Assembly (NCBI GenBank): GCA_949358305.1
Contig: OX442314.1
Location: 16,802,001-16,866,000 of the forward strand
Reading direction: 5' to 3'
Origin: Strigamia acuminata
Lineage: Eukaryota
Length of the DNA: 64,000 nucleotides
Made by a program: the position numbers and the translations under genes. The stretch's first letter is position 1; the number at the start of each line of letters is the position of its first letter. Shown here piece by piece: positions 39,252 through 53,900 of this stretch. The notes below the pieces were generated by a model that saw only the letters and a program-made list of their open reading frames with translations, ran no database searches and was not told the DNA's origin.

Positions 39252-39540
39252 TTTTTAAAAATAAAAAAGCCTATAATTTTGTATGTCTAATAATTGTAAA
39301 ATTTTATAGTTTCGCTAAAAAAATTCAAACAGTGAAATTTGTTTTCATTTTGTAAAAAATAAAAATATTGATAAAGTGGAACTACTGTGTGCTCACTCTA
39401 CAATAATTCTGTTATTAATTATTTTAAATTGTTTATATGTTCATTTATTGAACAGAACGGTGAAAAACATTACAAGTTTAGTATTGAATAATCTGTAATT
39501 GCACAATTGGTGTTAAGTATTATTACCGGTAAGAGGCTTT

Positions 39541-40905
39541 TTATTTCTTGACGCCTCTAATAAATGTTTTTGCTTCGTCCATTAAGCTAGAATATTCGTC
39601 GTCCGTTTCGGAATCCGTGGCGGCATATTCGGGATCGTCATCTTCATCATCAACAATGAAACTGTCGTTAGACGACTCTTCATCGTTTATCATCCGGGTT
39701 GTAGCTGTTAATGAAAGTATAAAGAATTGGTATATTTTTGATGATGAAATAGCGAAGATACCTCTAGCTTTTTTTGCTGCAGTTCTCTTCTGCTTCACGT
39801 GTTTGAAATCCTTCAAATGTCGTGGATTTTTTCGATAACAGTCTAGTCCGTATTCGCATTCTGGTCTATCGTCTTCGTCGCTATCCTTATCTACTTCATC
39901 GCTGTCCTTATCGTCGTCGTTATGCGAAAACTCTTCAAAATGCTGCGAATTCTTCCTGTAGCATTGACTTCCATAAGGACATCGGCGTTTTTCACTTTGC
40001 GAATTTGTAGTTTGAATGTTTTTGTTCTCTTTATTTAAGTTATCGTCACCTTCCTCCTCTGCAAGTTGTGTTTCTTCTTCTGATTCGATTTCTGTCCGTT
40101 TCTTTTTAGCAGCTTCTGCATGGTTTGTACGCTTCTGTTTTACAGTATTTTCATCGTTGCCTCTCACTTTCACATTTGTCTCTTTTTTACTCGGACCACT
40201 TCGCTGTTTGGATTGTAATGTTGATTCTGATTCGCCAATTGTTTCTTCTTTGGCTAATTTTTGTAACCAAATCGGTAATATTCTTTTGCGACTCGTGCTG
40301 CTTGATCCACTTGAAAGTTCATCGTTCTCCTCAGGTACATTTGCTTCAGCTACTTTATCGCTGTAAATAATCACAAACTAAACTTTTATCAACAGTTACA
40401 ACATTTAAATAAAACTTAATATTTACTTAATTTTATTTTCACTATTTAATTTGATCGTCAACTTGTATGTCCATGATTTAGGCAGCAGTGAAATCTTATC
40501 GCCATTCCTTAGTATTTTTCGATCATCTTTTTTTAAAATGGAAAATTCATCGTCATCGCAATCCACAGTCTGGTAAAAGCAGGGATTTGCATGAACCTAT
40601 TCGAAACAAAACAAATCAATAAACACATCGAACGTTTACAATAGTTTTGTTTATTTACCGATGTTATGGCAACCACCTGGTCCTTGTCCAAGATTTCAAG
40701 GATGGCATGATTCCGTGATATTTTTGTTTCTGCACACTATGAAATATAAACACGTGACAACCGACAACAAAAGAATCATTTCCACAAAACATTATTGATA
40801 TACTTTAAGTGCAGGACCTCGTCCGAGAACGTGTTTTCCAGCTGCAAACTTGATCAACTCTCGGTGATCTACATCAACTCTCGATAATTCAACTTGCACA
40901 CTCAT
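39541..40905 (-). CDS. APLF: Aprataxin and PNK-like factor
   Basis: FHA domain (LGRGPAL..KISRNHA..HANPCF), Ku-binding motif RKRILPIWL, two PBZ fingers (CPYGSQCYRKNSQHFEEFSH and CEYGLDCYRKNPRHLKDFKH), and an acidic tail ending LMDEAKTF. Confidence 0.93.
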
Positions 40906-41363
40906 CGCTTTTTATCCTAAAAATTAGATAAAAAGTCGGCTGGTATTTGTTACCAACACAGAGACACCATAAACGTATTATGGTCTTTAAATTAGATTAG
41001 AAAACCATGTTGCCATTCCGCCCGAGTAAGATAGTGGTTTTGCGCCCTCTTGCGACAAATAGCGGATGCAGTTTTCCGCCAAGGTCCGGCTGACTAATAC
41101 CGTATACCTATTCATTTGGGCTGGTCTCTGTACATCACGCCCATGATTGTCAAATCAAAAATAGAACATATGCCCAATTTGCAATTGTGACTGTACGGGT
41201 ACATTTTATTTGGATCTTTCTTTTTTATTTCACATCTCGTTTGCATCGGATATCTGTTCTTTAATATTACGTCATTACACGAAATGTTGATGTTAGCAGA
41301 ATATGGCGTAGAAATATAGAAAACTGCAATCCAGCAAATTTTGACGGCAAAATAACGGCCGAG
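40906..41363. promoter_or_regulatory. Probable bidirectional promoter (APLF / KIF13)
   Basis: Head-to-head ATGs 458 bp apart; contains CTCF-like gcgccctcttgcg at 41042. Confidence 0.6.
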
Positions 41364-44300
41364 ATGTCTGATAAAGTGAAAGTTGCGGTCAGGGTTCGAC
41401 CCTTCAATCGGAGAGGTAAGGATTAAATAAAATGATTTTAGGCTCGATCGATTTTTCAATGCTACGCTTTTATTTTGATCAGAAATTGAACTCGGTACAA
41501 AATGTGTTGTCGAAATGGCAAAGAAGCAAACATTCCTATGTCATCCCAGTACGGAAAAAGGAGAAAGGTATCATATAATCGTACATTTAATATGTTAAAT
41601 GAGTAAATAAAATATGATTAAAGGTCATACATCATTTAACATCTCGTACACTTCGTGATGGAATGATGTGGTGGCGTGATTTAGTTCGAGCAAAAAAAAT
41701 TATTTCTTTATTTATTGTCTATAACTTTGATAAAGAAAAGTTTTTATTGGGTTATGTCGACTAATGTTTTCGGATTACTAGTGAGTAAAGTAAAATAAAG
41801 GGTGGGTAATCGATAAGAAGTGTAACTTCGGATTGCTGATAGATAAGATAGAAATTGATACAAATGAGGTTAAAACACCGTAGAAAAACATTTTTTTCCT
41901 CCATTTTTTTGTTGTCTGGATGAATAATTTTTGAAATGACTAAGGGAAATTAAAATATTTTCACGATTGTATATTTTAATTAATTAGATTTTTTTTTATT
42001 TCCTTTTAATGCTCTATAGCCACAAGCAACCGAAGGTAATTACGATCATTTGCATTAACTTTTACGATTTCTTGCATGAATAACCATTTATTTCATCTCG
42101 TTTGATTAGAATTTTGCATTTGATCATTGCTTTTGGTCGGTGTCTGAAAATCACACATCATACGCAGGTAAACAAAAAACAGTTTTATGTTTCAACTTAA
42201 CGAGTGACTTAAAAATAAATTGTTATTGCTTTGCATTTCGTCATTACTTTTATAGGACAAGATAAGATTTATGAAAACGTAGGTACAGACATTTTGGATA
42301 ATGCTTTCGCAGGGTATAATTCGTGCATTTTTGCATATGGCCAAACAGGTTAGACTAAAAAAATTAAATTTGGATTAATCAATTTTATTAATGAATTATT
42401 TATTTGATTTTAGGTTCAGGGAAATCGTATACAATGCTGGGGTCCCACGAGAACAAGGGAATTATTCCTCGTTTGTGTGATGCGTTGTTTGAAAGAATGT
42501 TTAAAAACGACGATGCGTTTTTATCGTACAAAGTGGAGGTTTCATATATGGAGATCTATAATGAGAAAGTTTACGATTTGTTAGATCCAAAAGGGTGAGT
42601 TAAATTAATTTTTTTTCTTATTTTTTACTCTTGTTTTTTATTTTTTTTTTAGCACAAAACAAACACTCCGAGTTCGAGAACATAATATATTGGGTCCGTA
42701 TGTGGATGGCTTATCCGTTTTAGCCATATCATCATATCAGGACATTGATAATGTAATGCGAGAAGGAAACAAATCAAGAACAGTGGCAGCGACTAATATG
42801 AACAGCGAAAGCAGTCGTTCGCACGCAGTATTCAATATTATTTTGACGCAGATTTTAACCGATCCTGCTAGTGGAGTACGTCAGTTTTGAATAGTTTATT
42901 GTATTTACGTAAACAAAATTGTATTTTTTTTAGGTTTCCGGTGAAAAAGTTGCCAAATTGAGTTTAGTTGATTTGGCTGGGAGTGAGCGGGCAGTCAAAA
43001 CGGGTGCTGTGGGAGAGAGACTTAAAGAAGGAAGCAATATTAATAAGTAAGATTTGTTGTTCTAAAGCATCGAGTTTAATGTAAAAGTATTTGATTATTT
43101 TGCAGATCGCTCACAACATTAGGGCTTGTCATTTCCAAACTTGCAGATCATTCATCCGGTAAAGCCAAAGATAAATTTGTTCCTTACCGCGACTCAGTGC
43201 TCACTTGGTTACTCAAAGTACAATATTTTTGTTTCTCGAGGAAAAAAAGTTGCATTTTTAATGAAATTTTTACTGTTTAGGACAATCTGGGAGGAAACAG
43301 CAGAACAGTAATGGTAGCTACAATAAGTCCTGCAAGTGATAATTATGAAGAAACATTATCGACTCTTCGATATGCCGATCGGGCGAAAAGAATCATCAAT
43401 CACGCAGTTATTAATGAAGATCCGAATGCTCGAATTATAATCGAACTTCGTGCGGAATTGAAAATGCTCAAAGACCAACTTATAAATGCTACAGTAAGAA
43501 AATGATTTTTGCTCGTCACAAATTTTTAAGCGCATATATTTTTCTTCCATTTTTAGATGCAGGAAGATATTCACGAAAAGTTGTACGAATCTGAAAAATT
43601 AATGAAAGAATTATCACAAACATGGGAAGAGAAACTGCATAGAACTGAACTCATACATCAAGAAAGGCAGCAAACACTTGAAAAAATGGGCATTTCGGTT
43701 CAGGCATCTGGGATCAGGGTGGAGCAAAATAAATATTATTTGGTTAACTTAAATGCCGATCCCTCGCTCAATGAACTATTAGTTTATTATTTAAAAGTAA
43801 AAAGGAAAAAATTAGAGTAAAATATTGTTTAATACTAAAAAAATATATTTTTTTCCTCCGTAATTTCTAGGATAAAACTTTAGTCGGTCGCCCAGATGCG
43901 CCTGTAGAAAACGACATTCAGTTGTCGGGTCTTGGCATCATGCCCGAGCATTGTGTTATTATCGTTGACGCATCCGATTTGTATATAGAACCGCGAGACG
44001 GAGCCAGGTGAGAATTTTAGATGGAATCTAAACGTTGATTTAACAGTTTGTAATTTCAGAACTTGCGTCAATGGATCAGTTGTGAAAAGCAAAACACTAC
44101 TGCGTCACGGAGATCGAGTTTTGTGGGGAAACAATCATTTCTTCCGGGTTAATTGCCCCAAATTATCTAGTGAGCACTTATTTCCACAAGCCGTTGAGCA
44201 GTATTATTAATATAATATGTTTACGCTTCAGTTTCGAACGAGGTTCAAAATGAAGCGGGTGATGCGCTCAGCAGGCCCATTGATTACGAATTTGCGAGGG

Positions 44301-47300
44301 AAGAGTTGATGATGAAGGAAATGAGTAATGATCCGATTCAAGCCGCAATGAAAGCGCTAGAGAGACAACACGAGGAGGATAAACAGGGCGCGCTGGAGAA
44401 ACAGAGACAGATGTACGAAAAACAGTTGCAAATGCTGAGGAATCAAATGTCTCCGAGCACACCTTACGCTCCGTATGTCGGTTTTGACCCGCTTGGTCTT
44501 GGAAAACTCACACCATCCACTCCGACTGTTCAGTTGCGAGTGGAGCAGTGGGCTCAGGAACGGTACGTGTGAAACTATTGCTGTTAGCTTTTAAGTAGCG
44601 GTGGGAAGGGGTGCATGTAGGAGTAGTTGGTGGGTTCTTGTTATTTTTTTTTCTTATTGCATTTTGCAGTTTTGTTTCACTTCGGAATGAATGCATGGTC
44701 GCTTATCCTTATGTTTTGTAAGTTTCATAACACAGTAATTTTTAAAATAGAAAATAAGCTTTTCTGGTGCACGGCTTTTCTTAATTTCTCACTAAACAGA
44801 ATTATTTGTCGAGGGAAAGAGTGGTTTTTAAAGTTGGTAATAATGTTTGTAGGGATGAGTTATTCAAGAAGAGTTTGGCAAAACTACGAGAGGACATTTT
44901 GAAGGCTAACGCATTGGTTCGAGAAGCAAACTGTTTGGCCATTGAGATGGGGAAACAAACAGAATTTGGTGTCACATTGCAGATTCCTGCAGCTAATTTA
45001 ACTCCAAACAGAAAGGTGTTATACATATTTTTTTTTTTTTAAATAAGTAATTATATTAATTTTTAAAAATCTTTTTATTACTCACTAAGAAAAGTGCATT
45101 TGTGAGCGAGCCGGCAATTTTGGTGAAGAGAAAGAAAAAACCAAGTCATGTGTGGTCAATGGAGAAACTTGAGAATAAATTAATTGACATGAGAGACATG
45201 TACAATGAGTGTAAAGAGAAGGGAACTATGAAAGAAGTACAATCAAAGGTCAACGATCCTTTCTATGAGTCTCAGGAAAATCATAATTTGATTGGAGTGG
45301 CAAACGTGTATCTGACAATATTATTTCACGATGTCGTTCTTAGTTACCACGTTCCAATAATTAGCCAGCAAGGAGAGGCAAGAAAATGAGTTTGTACGTA
45401 AAATAAACAATTGGATTAAATATTTTGACAATTTTAGGTGGCGGGACGATTACACGTCGAAGTGTGCCGGATTGCAGAGTACTTTCCTGATCGTTGTATA
45501 AATTACGATAATGAAAGTGCACTCTCCGTTGGATCACAAATTACGTGCCGGGTAAAGAGAAAGGAGAATATTTAATGCGTACGAGTTTGTTTACGGTGAT
45601 TTTTCTTTAAAGATTTCCATAAAACAAGCCATTGGCCTGCCACCGTCGTTATCAAATTTTGTGTTTTGTCAGTACAACTTTTGGGGCCACTCTGAAGTAA
45701 CTGTGGTTCCACCAAAAATAGACCCAGATTATTCAGATACGTCGAACGAACGGGACAGTCTCTCGTTTAAATTTGATCACACCAAAGAGTTTACAATCAG
45801 TGCCACTGAAGAGTTTGTTGAACATTGTTCCGATGGGGCGTTATCCATTGAAGTGTGGGGTCATCAGAGTGCCGGATTTGGATCGTCGCGTTCTGCAGTC
45901 GATTTGGACAGTCAGTTGTTGAGATCACACTCACTCGCAGACAGGTTTTTTGCTTTAAAAAGTTAAGTCGATTGGGAATTTATGCAACAAACGCTTCTTG
46001 GGTTGTAGGTGGAGCGAACTGACGAGGAAGATTGACATGTTGGTCGAAATCCACGAATTGAACGAACAGGGTGAATACGCTCCGGTAGAAGTTATATTTA
46101 AGCCGGAACATTTAACTGGTGGTATCTACCAATTACGACAGGTAAGTGTAAAGTGTTTGCTGGCATTTTAAAGTGTAATAATTATTTTTTCACGCTGAAT
46201 AGGGTCAACAACGACGAATTATCGTCAAAGTAAAACCAGTGCAGAACTCTGGCACACTGCCACTTATTTGTGAAGCAATTTCATCCGTTGCAATAGGAGG
46301 AGTGGTCGCCAGAAATAAATTACAAAAAGGTTTGGATTCTTATCAAGATGAGGATTTGGCTACTCTTAGAGAAAAATGGTCAGATGCTTTAATCCGACGT
46401 CGAGAACATCTTGATGAACAGATTCAAAAGATAATAAATAAAAAAGGTTGTAATTGTGATTTTAAATTGGAAATCTGTAGATTATTTACGTTTGATGGCG
46501 TCTGTACAGATAAAAACGACCAGGATGTCGAGCGGGAACAGAACTTAATTGATCAATGGGTCAGTCTAACTGAAGAAAGAAATGCCGTTCTTTTCCCTGG
46601 TCCGAAAAGCGGAATTCCAGGAGAGCCAGCTGAAGGGTAAATCCATAAGTGCTTTTAGGTATTGCAAAATGTGGACTTTTTATTGTTTTCAGGGAGCCGA
46701 TACCAGGAATGGAAAAACACATGCCAGTTTTGTTTTTAGATCTAAGCGGTAAATATGATTTTAAAATTTTGTTTTAGTTGAGAGTGACAAATACTGTTGT
46801 GTTTTTATAGCCGATGATATGAGTTTGATGAACAACAGCGATGGAATTCGAGTTGCAGGTTCTAATTCGATATTACCAAAAGAGCACGGAACGAAGTTGT
46901 TCAATTTACCTATTGTAAAATACTGCGAAAAAGATGTAATGAATAGAATTATTTTTTAAGTTGGTGCCATAAAAATGGTATTTATTGGTTTTTGTTTTGT
47001 TTTAGATTTCTGCCAGTGCAGCCTGGGATTCTTCAATTCACGATTCAATACACTTAAACCGAATAACGTCAGCTGACGAGCGCATCTATTTAATTTTAAA
47101 AGCAACGGTCCGATTAAGTCATCCGGCTACAATGGAGCTGGTTCTCCGTAAACGCCTCGGCATCAATGTTTACAAGCGTCAAACATTGACGGACCGCATC
47201 AAAAAACGCATTGTTCGTCAAGAAGCAATTACTGTTACTGGAATAAGTTACGAAATTGTATCTAGCATTCCTAAGGTAAATGAATAGCAATGAAATGAGC

Positions 47301-49886
47301 TTAATAATAATAAGAACTTGTGATTTTTTTTTAAAGGCTTCCGAAGAACTAGAGGACCGAGAGTATTTAGCTCAGTTGGCTGCCTCTGGCGAAGATTCTA
47401 ATGCTTCCGATGGAGAAAGCTATATAGAGAAATATACGCGAGGTGTGTCAGCTGTTGAAAGCATTCTGACGCTTGACAAGTTGCGACAAGAAGTGGCTGT
47501 GAAAGAGCTACTTGCAGCTCAAGGACGGTCTCTTCGCAAGACAGCCAGTGTACCAAACATTTCCAATGTAAATCAGGTGTTTAATGGTTTTAGAATTTTG
47601 TTGTTGATAAGTGTTGTTTTATTTGTCATTTAGTTATTGCGAATGGAAAGTCCGTCTGGACGCCTGGAAGAACAATTTCGTGCCGAGAGTATCGGAGACA
47701 TCAGCTCGTCAAACAATGATCAACATTCCAGACAAAGATCGAATAGTCTGACTAAAGAAAATAAACCTAATCCCCCTTTTATTGGTAAGTCGGGTTCCTG
47801 TGGTGAGGCAAGCACATAGGTTAATTAGTTTACTTCACAGCTCGTCCCACTTTTTTGAACTTGGCCCTCAATTTGAACTTACGACCACAAGCAAATATTA
47901 AGTGTACGTTTTATGTCACTTGATGGTTTTTGCTTTGTTTCAATTTTTTTTTCATCCATTTTTTATTATTTTGCAACTTATTTTGTTGTAATCGTAGTAC
48001 TTTTGATTGATTTATTGATTTTTTTTTAATATTTGGTTTTGTTTGCGGATTTTCTTTTATTTGGTATTTTTTTCAATGTACTGTACTAGTGATGTTTTAA
48101 ACATTTTTACATCAGCAGATTAAGACTTTGATTATTTTTCCAGCGCAACCTGCTCAACCAATCAAAGCAGTAAAACCAATGCGGACATTATTAGAAGAGC
48201 AATACCAACGTGAAGTAAAACCTCTGCTCGAAATAAATTCTGAGGTATATTTTACACAAATTAAAAATTTATATTTTTGTTTTAAATTAATAATCGGTAA
48301 TATTTGAAGGCAATGGATGAGGAAATTGATGACGAGGAATCATTGGACTTGAAGCAAAAAGTTGTTCTCCCACTTCAGATTGCTGAAACTGAGGAAGAAT
48401 TCTGCGAATTTGAATCATTCAAAGCAGTAAGTAGTTGTTTGACTTTATTCGCATTTTTGTTTCTAAAGGTAGTGGGCAAAATAAAATATTTGATTTCATT
48501 AGACGAATGGTCAAGGTGTAAGCAATGCAACAGAGACACCCGCTGAAGTGAACCAAAACGAAGCGAAGATGACACCAAGCATGGTGTCAAGTGGATATAG
48601 TTCTCAAGCCGTTTCTTCAAACACGCTCTCATCTGACGATTCGCTGAGTTTGCGTAGTATCAGCGTTGATGAAATCCAAGAAATTGACAAGTTGCAAGTT
48701 ATTGGTTCGCAAACAGTTACAGAAAAAATTAACAAGCAAGTCGACGAAGAATCGACATTTTTGCACATGAATTCGCACCACGATTCGGTAGAAGACGTGC
48801 ATAATTTCGGTTTAATGCAACAAGTAGAGGAGATCGCGGATAAGGAAGATGAATCCAATATCGCGCTCACAAATTCTGACGACTCCACCATGCAGTTCGA
48901 AGAGGAAAAATTATTGCCGGCTGAGAATGACATTACTGAGGTGGAAAAAGTGCCGCAGCAAAAGGAAAACGCGACTGATAAGGCGGAAGAACCAGAAACA
49001 AACTCCACTTTACAAAACTCTTCCATTAAGTTACGAGAAAAGAAGGAGAAAAGAGATTTTTCTGCGCACAGGGCTTCGTTTCCTTTAGCAGTCGATTGGG
49101 AAGCGAGTAAGTTGGAATCTGATCTCCAAACTTCGGACGATTCGAATGATAGTTCTACAGAACGCAGCTCTTCTGTTCCGTATGGTTTAGGTGAGACGTC
49201 AATATGTTTAACTGCTCTTTAGCATCAATTTTATGCGTTAATTATCTGCAGACGACGGGTCAAATAGTTTTGGCAGCGAAGCAGATCTACGACGAATCAC
49301 GGAGTCGCCACTTCCGAATTGGATGCAGTTGGGAGAGAGTATATTAGTTCGACCCTACAACTACAGTGGGATTATTTCTTTTATCGGCCCGACTGCGTTT
49401 GCTTCCGGTGTTTGGATAGGAGTAGAGCTCGATATGTCGTCAGGTATAGCAATTGAAGCAAAATCTTTGTCTAAAAGGATCATTTGTTGACTTGTTTGCA
49501 GGTAAAAACGATGGGTCGGTTAAAAATGTTCGATATTTCACCTGCCGGCCTCGTCATGGCTTGTTCGTCAGGCCTGATAAGTTACTCTTGGATAAGCATG
49601 GTAGAGGCCTACGTGCACGTCAGTCTGCGAGCTTTGATTTTGAAAACGATGATTCGTATGGGAAATTGCGTAGGACCAAAAGCAAAGGTAAGAAAATACA
49701 AATATAGAGGCAAAAACTGTATCCTTCGGTTACTTTTATTTATTTATTTATTTGTTTGTTGGTTATTTTTCAGGTGATGTGTTGTCCAAGTCATCGATTG
49801 ATATTTCTTCAAATCATTTGCGGCGAAGTCGAAGTCGTGGTGAAGGATTACATCAGGAAAAGAAGAATTCACCTTTAATTAAGTAA
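41364..49886 (+). CDS. KIF13: Kinesin-3 KIF13A/B (Khc-73) with FHA, DUF3694 and CAP-Gly domains
   Basis: [71 protein letters not shown] ([12 protein letters not shown]), [19 protein letters not shown]-Gly GKNDGSV..YFTC..HGLFVRP. Confidence 0.97.
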
Positions 49887-50920
49887 AAAGTGTAGATGAG
49901 TGAAATTAGACACTTGATGTTTATACTACTATAGTTATTTAATTGATTGTCAATATTTTATAGCTGTTGGGTCTATTTCGTGTTTATTTATACGTTGTTT
50001 TTATTCTGCCCCCAATCATTGATGAATTTGTATATTTTGAAAAAGAGAAATAAGTGGGTTGGTTTTTAATTATTTATGAGAATTTTATTCGATTGTAGTT
50101 ATTTTTTGAGTTTTTGTTTCTTCCTGGTCGTTTGATCACGTTTGTACATTGTTTTTGTTAAATTAAACTTTAAAAAAAATTATTCCTTTTTAAGATCTTG
50201 CACCGTTTTACGTTTATATTATATGTGCACTGATTAATTAAATCAGATTGTATTTGAATAATAATCATGAAATCGAGTAGATCATTGTTTATAGAAATTC
50301 TAACATTCATGAGTGAAATAAAATCTTTTCAAGTCTAATTGCATGTTTTGTCGATATTCAATAAAAATAAATTTTTTTTTCTTCCACTCGTAACATTTAT
50401 TGAACGATCAGAGACACCATCGGTCAAACTGCGAACTAACCTCCAAAATGGAGGCAGTTGGAAATCGAATGTTTCAGCCGCCGGGACCGGTCGGACATCC
50501 GTAATAAGCGCACCAAGTTGATATTTTGCTGAGAGCAAGTAGACCGTGCGATATACATAAATGAAATTGTCCATTGTTATTGTTAAGGTCCCAAATAATT
50601 TTTTCCACAATGAAAATACTCAATGTAAACGTCGTTGTAGCAACCAATAAGCGACGTATTATTTGGTCACGTGACGTTGATCCAATAGCTGATCGGCTTG
50701 CAAAATATACGTCTATGTTGGAAGCGACCAATGAAAGATCACGTTTGATATTACCAACAGTATTTTTTTTGTTGTTGTTTGGTTCGTCGTTGTCGGTGTT
50801 CAGGCAGGGCGCTTGCATGGGTTTCCAGTTGATTTTTCCGACTTGTCATCGAGTCTCCAAAAAGAGCCCAGTAAAGCTCGAATGAAAATTCTCTTTGCAG
50901 AACTACATCGAAAGGTTTAA

Positions 50921-53900
50921 AATGGTATGAAAATCTATTTAAATAGCAAGAGTTTTAGTATGAAAAATTCGCACGGTGCATGGCAAGCCACTTGCCGTGG
51001 GAATGACACGATGGTTGTGCGCGATTTCTTGTTTAGTATTGCGCGCAAATCTCGACTATTCCCCGTAGTTACGCGATGTTAGGTTTGTGGTGTTTCGGCT
51101 AATAATCTAAAGAACACTTCGAGCTTGTTGATGATTACAGCTGAGGCCATCTTGACCTGAAACATGGCAGATTTGCCCTACTTTTCCATTAAATATCTGC
51201 CCGAATCTTTAATTTCTGATTTAATTTGAAGTTTGGTTTTTGTTTTATCCGTTTTACCGATTTATTTGTCGTCGTTTGTTGCGTAATGGACGATTTTTTA
51301 GTACGCCATGCTTTTGTCAAAATATTAAATTTTTTGATTCTAATGTAAAGTTAGTTGTTAAAGTGTTTAAAAACGATGAGTTTATGTCTGTTTGGATACA
51401 ATTCATGGTTTAAATTAGTGTTTACTGCTGAAAAGGATGTTTAAGACTGATTACCGTAGTCGTTTAGTACTCGATGTTGGCGTATTGCCAGCATCACCAT
51501 CATGTAAAATGGCTCAAATGATGAGATTGATGGCGTAGATTTTGTGCAATCGGGATTTGCTAAGTCTGATCTTAAGGTACTAATAATTTTGATATTTTAT
51601 TTTTAGGCTGGAGAAGAACCGCCTTATCTCGCAGTGGGAACTGATGTCAGTGCTAAATACAAAGGAGCATTTTGTGAAGCCAAAGTGAAGAAAGTTACTC
51701 GCAGTGTGAAATGCAAAGTATGCAAATTTGTTTTAAGTTTTATTCGAACAAAGATTTTCGTGTGAATTAATTTTTATTTGTATTTTAGGTTACTTTTAAA
51801 AACAATCTTGGAACCGTGACTGTACCTGATGATCAAATAAAGGGAACTTTAAGAGTGAATGCTCATGTCGAAGTTCGTCATCCGGAGAAAAATCAGTACT
51901 TTGAAGCTATTATTAATAAGTTGCACGATCAAAGTCGTTACACCGTGGGTCAGTAGTGCCAGCAACGATGTTTTTATTCTAAGTGTTAATTTTTTGTTAT
52001 TTTTGTTAGTTTTTGACGATGGAGACGAGACAACCCTTCGACGTACTTCCTTATGTCTTAAAAGTGGGCGTCATTTTGCTGAAAGCGAAGTAATTGTTTG
52101 AATAATTTTGTTGCTGAACGTGATTATTTATAATTTGTTATATTTTAGACCCTGGACCAATTACCGCTCACACATCCGGAGCATTTTGGAACACCGGTGA
52201 TGGGTTCTAAAGGAAGAAAACGACGAAGTCTAAATCGGTAAGAAAATTATGACGAATTTTTATTTATTGCAATTAATTATGTTTATATTTTTTATTTATT
52301 TTCTACGTATAGAAATCAATCAAATTATTCAATTTATCAACTTTGCAGAGATGATGCAAGTAGTGACGAAGAAACTCCACCTAAAAAAAAAGAGGCCAAG
52401 TTGCGTGAACCTGACCCAGACATAGGAAAAGTAGTTTGTGTCGAAATGGGCGAGAAAAGAAAGTCGAAAGATAATTGGTTTCCAGCCCTAGTCGTCTCTC
52501 CCAGCGCGCAGGAATCTGTCAAAATTGCACGTAAAGAGGAATATTTGGTGCGGTCTTTTAAAGATGGAAAATAGTAAGTTATGCTTGTTTATTTTGATTT
52601 TTGTATAAACGGTTGATTTTTTCCCTTAGTTATTGCATTTGTAAGAAAGAAGCATGTGAATTTACACGGGAAATAGGAGCAAAAGTGGATAATAATACTT
52701 TAAAGACGGGTAAAATTATCACTTTGAATTTATGTTGATACGAGAATTAACTCTTACTTGTGTATTGGCAACAGCCGTCGAAAAAGCGCAATCTTACAGT
52801 GACAGGGATGAACTTCCTCCACACTGGGACCGTGACGTACTATTCAGGAAAGAAACCACTAGTGACGAAGGAGATAGTAACGAGGACACTGAATCTGACG
52901 TAAATGACTAAATAATTGCGAATCGTGTCAATTTAATTAAAAATAATGTTGATTAGACTTCCGATGATGAGCCTAGTTTAGAAAAGGATCGATTTGTCGC
53001 ACAATTGTATAAATTTATGGACGACAGAGAGACTCCCATTAATAAGGCACCCACTGTTGGAAATCGTGATCTCAACCTCTACAAGCTTTTTAAAGTTGTG
53101 CAGAAGTTAGGAGGTTACAATAGGGTAATGTGCTTAATGATATCCGTTGTTTGTTTTATTAATTTAAAGTTAATGGTTTAATTAGGTGACAAACCATATG
53201 CAGTGGAAAATTGTTTACACAAAAATGGGATTACCGAGTTACAATTCTTCGTCTTCCCATCAGATAAAACAGGCGTATAAGAAGTGAGATATATATATTT
53301 GATGGTAGAAGGTCGGAATATGAATATTAATTGTGTTGTATTTAGGTACCTTCATAGTTTCGAGGATTTTTATCGGAAATTGGGAAGTACGATGGGAACG
53401 AACACGCGAGCTGGTCGAATGAGACATCGAACTGGTCGGATGATTACGCGAGACCGCGATCGTGAATATCGAACATCTGGCAGCAGAAAGAAGCAAGAGA
53501 GTAAGCAGGAAAACAAAACTGAGGCCAAAGTGAAGAAAGAGGACGTCAAGGAGGAGAAGGTGAAGGAGGAAGAGGTTGAAAAGAAGAGCGACGACGAAGA
53601 TGACAAAAGAGTAAAACCCAAAAAATTAAACAAGAAACCAGAAACAGATAAAGGACCAAAAATTAAGGTATAATTTTGATTTGTTGATTTTAAATCATTT
53701 TAAATTTATTTTTGAATTTCTAATTTTGTAGGGGAGGAAAAAGATTAATCGTGAAGAGGAATCGGAGGGCAAAACACAAGATTCAACAGATGAGTAAGTT
53801 TTAAGAGGCTCAAATTGAGTTGATTCTAATGTTTTGCATTTGTTTTTCAGCGATGATACTTACAGCGACGTAGATATTAATGTTGGCGATAAAGTGCGCG

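Noticed and set aside
44800..44823. Possible 24-nt alternative exon in a longer KIF13 intron
   Set aside because: In frame, but the donor (gttttt) is very weak; unsupported without reads.
49719..49726. GTATCCTT, a U12-type 5' splice-site consensus
   Set aside because: It lies inside an intron already explained by a strong AG|gtaaga donor that keeps the frame, and I see no TCCTTAAC branch point.
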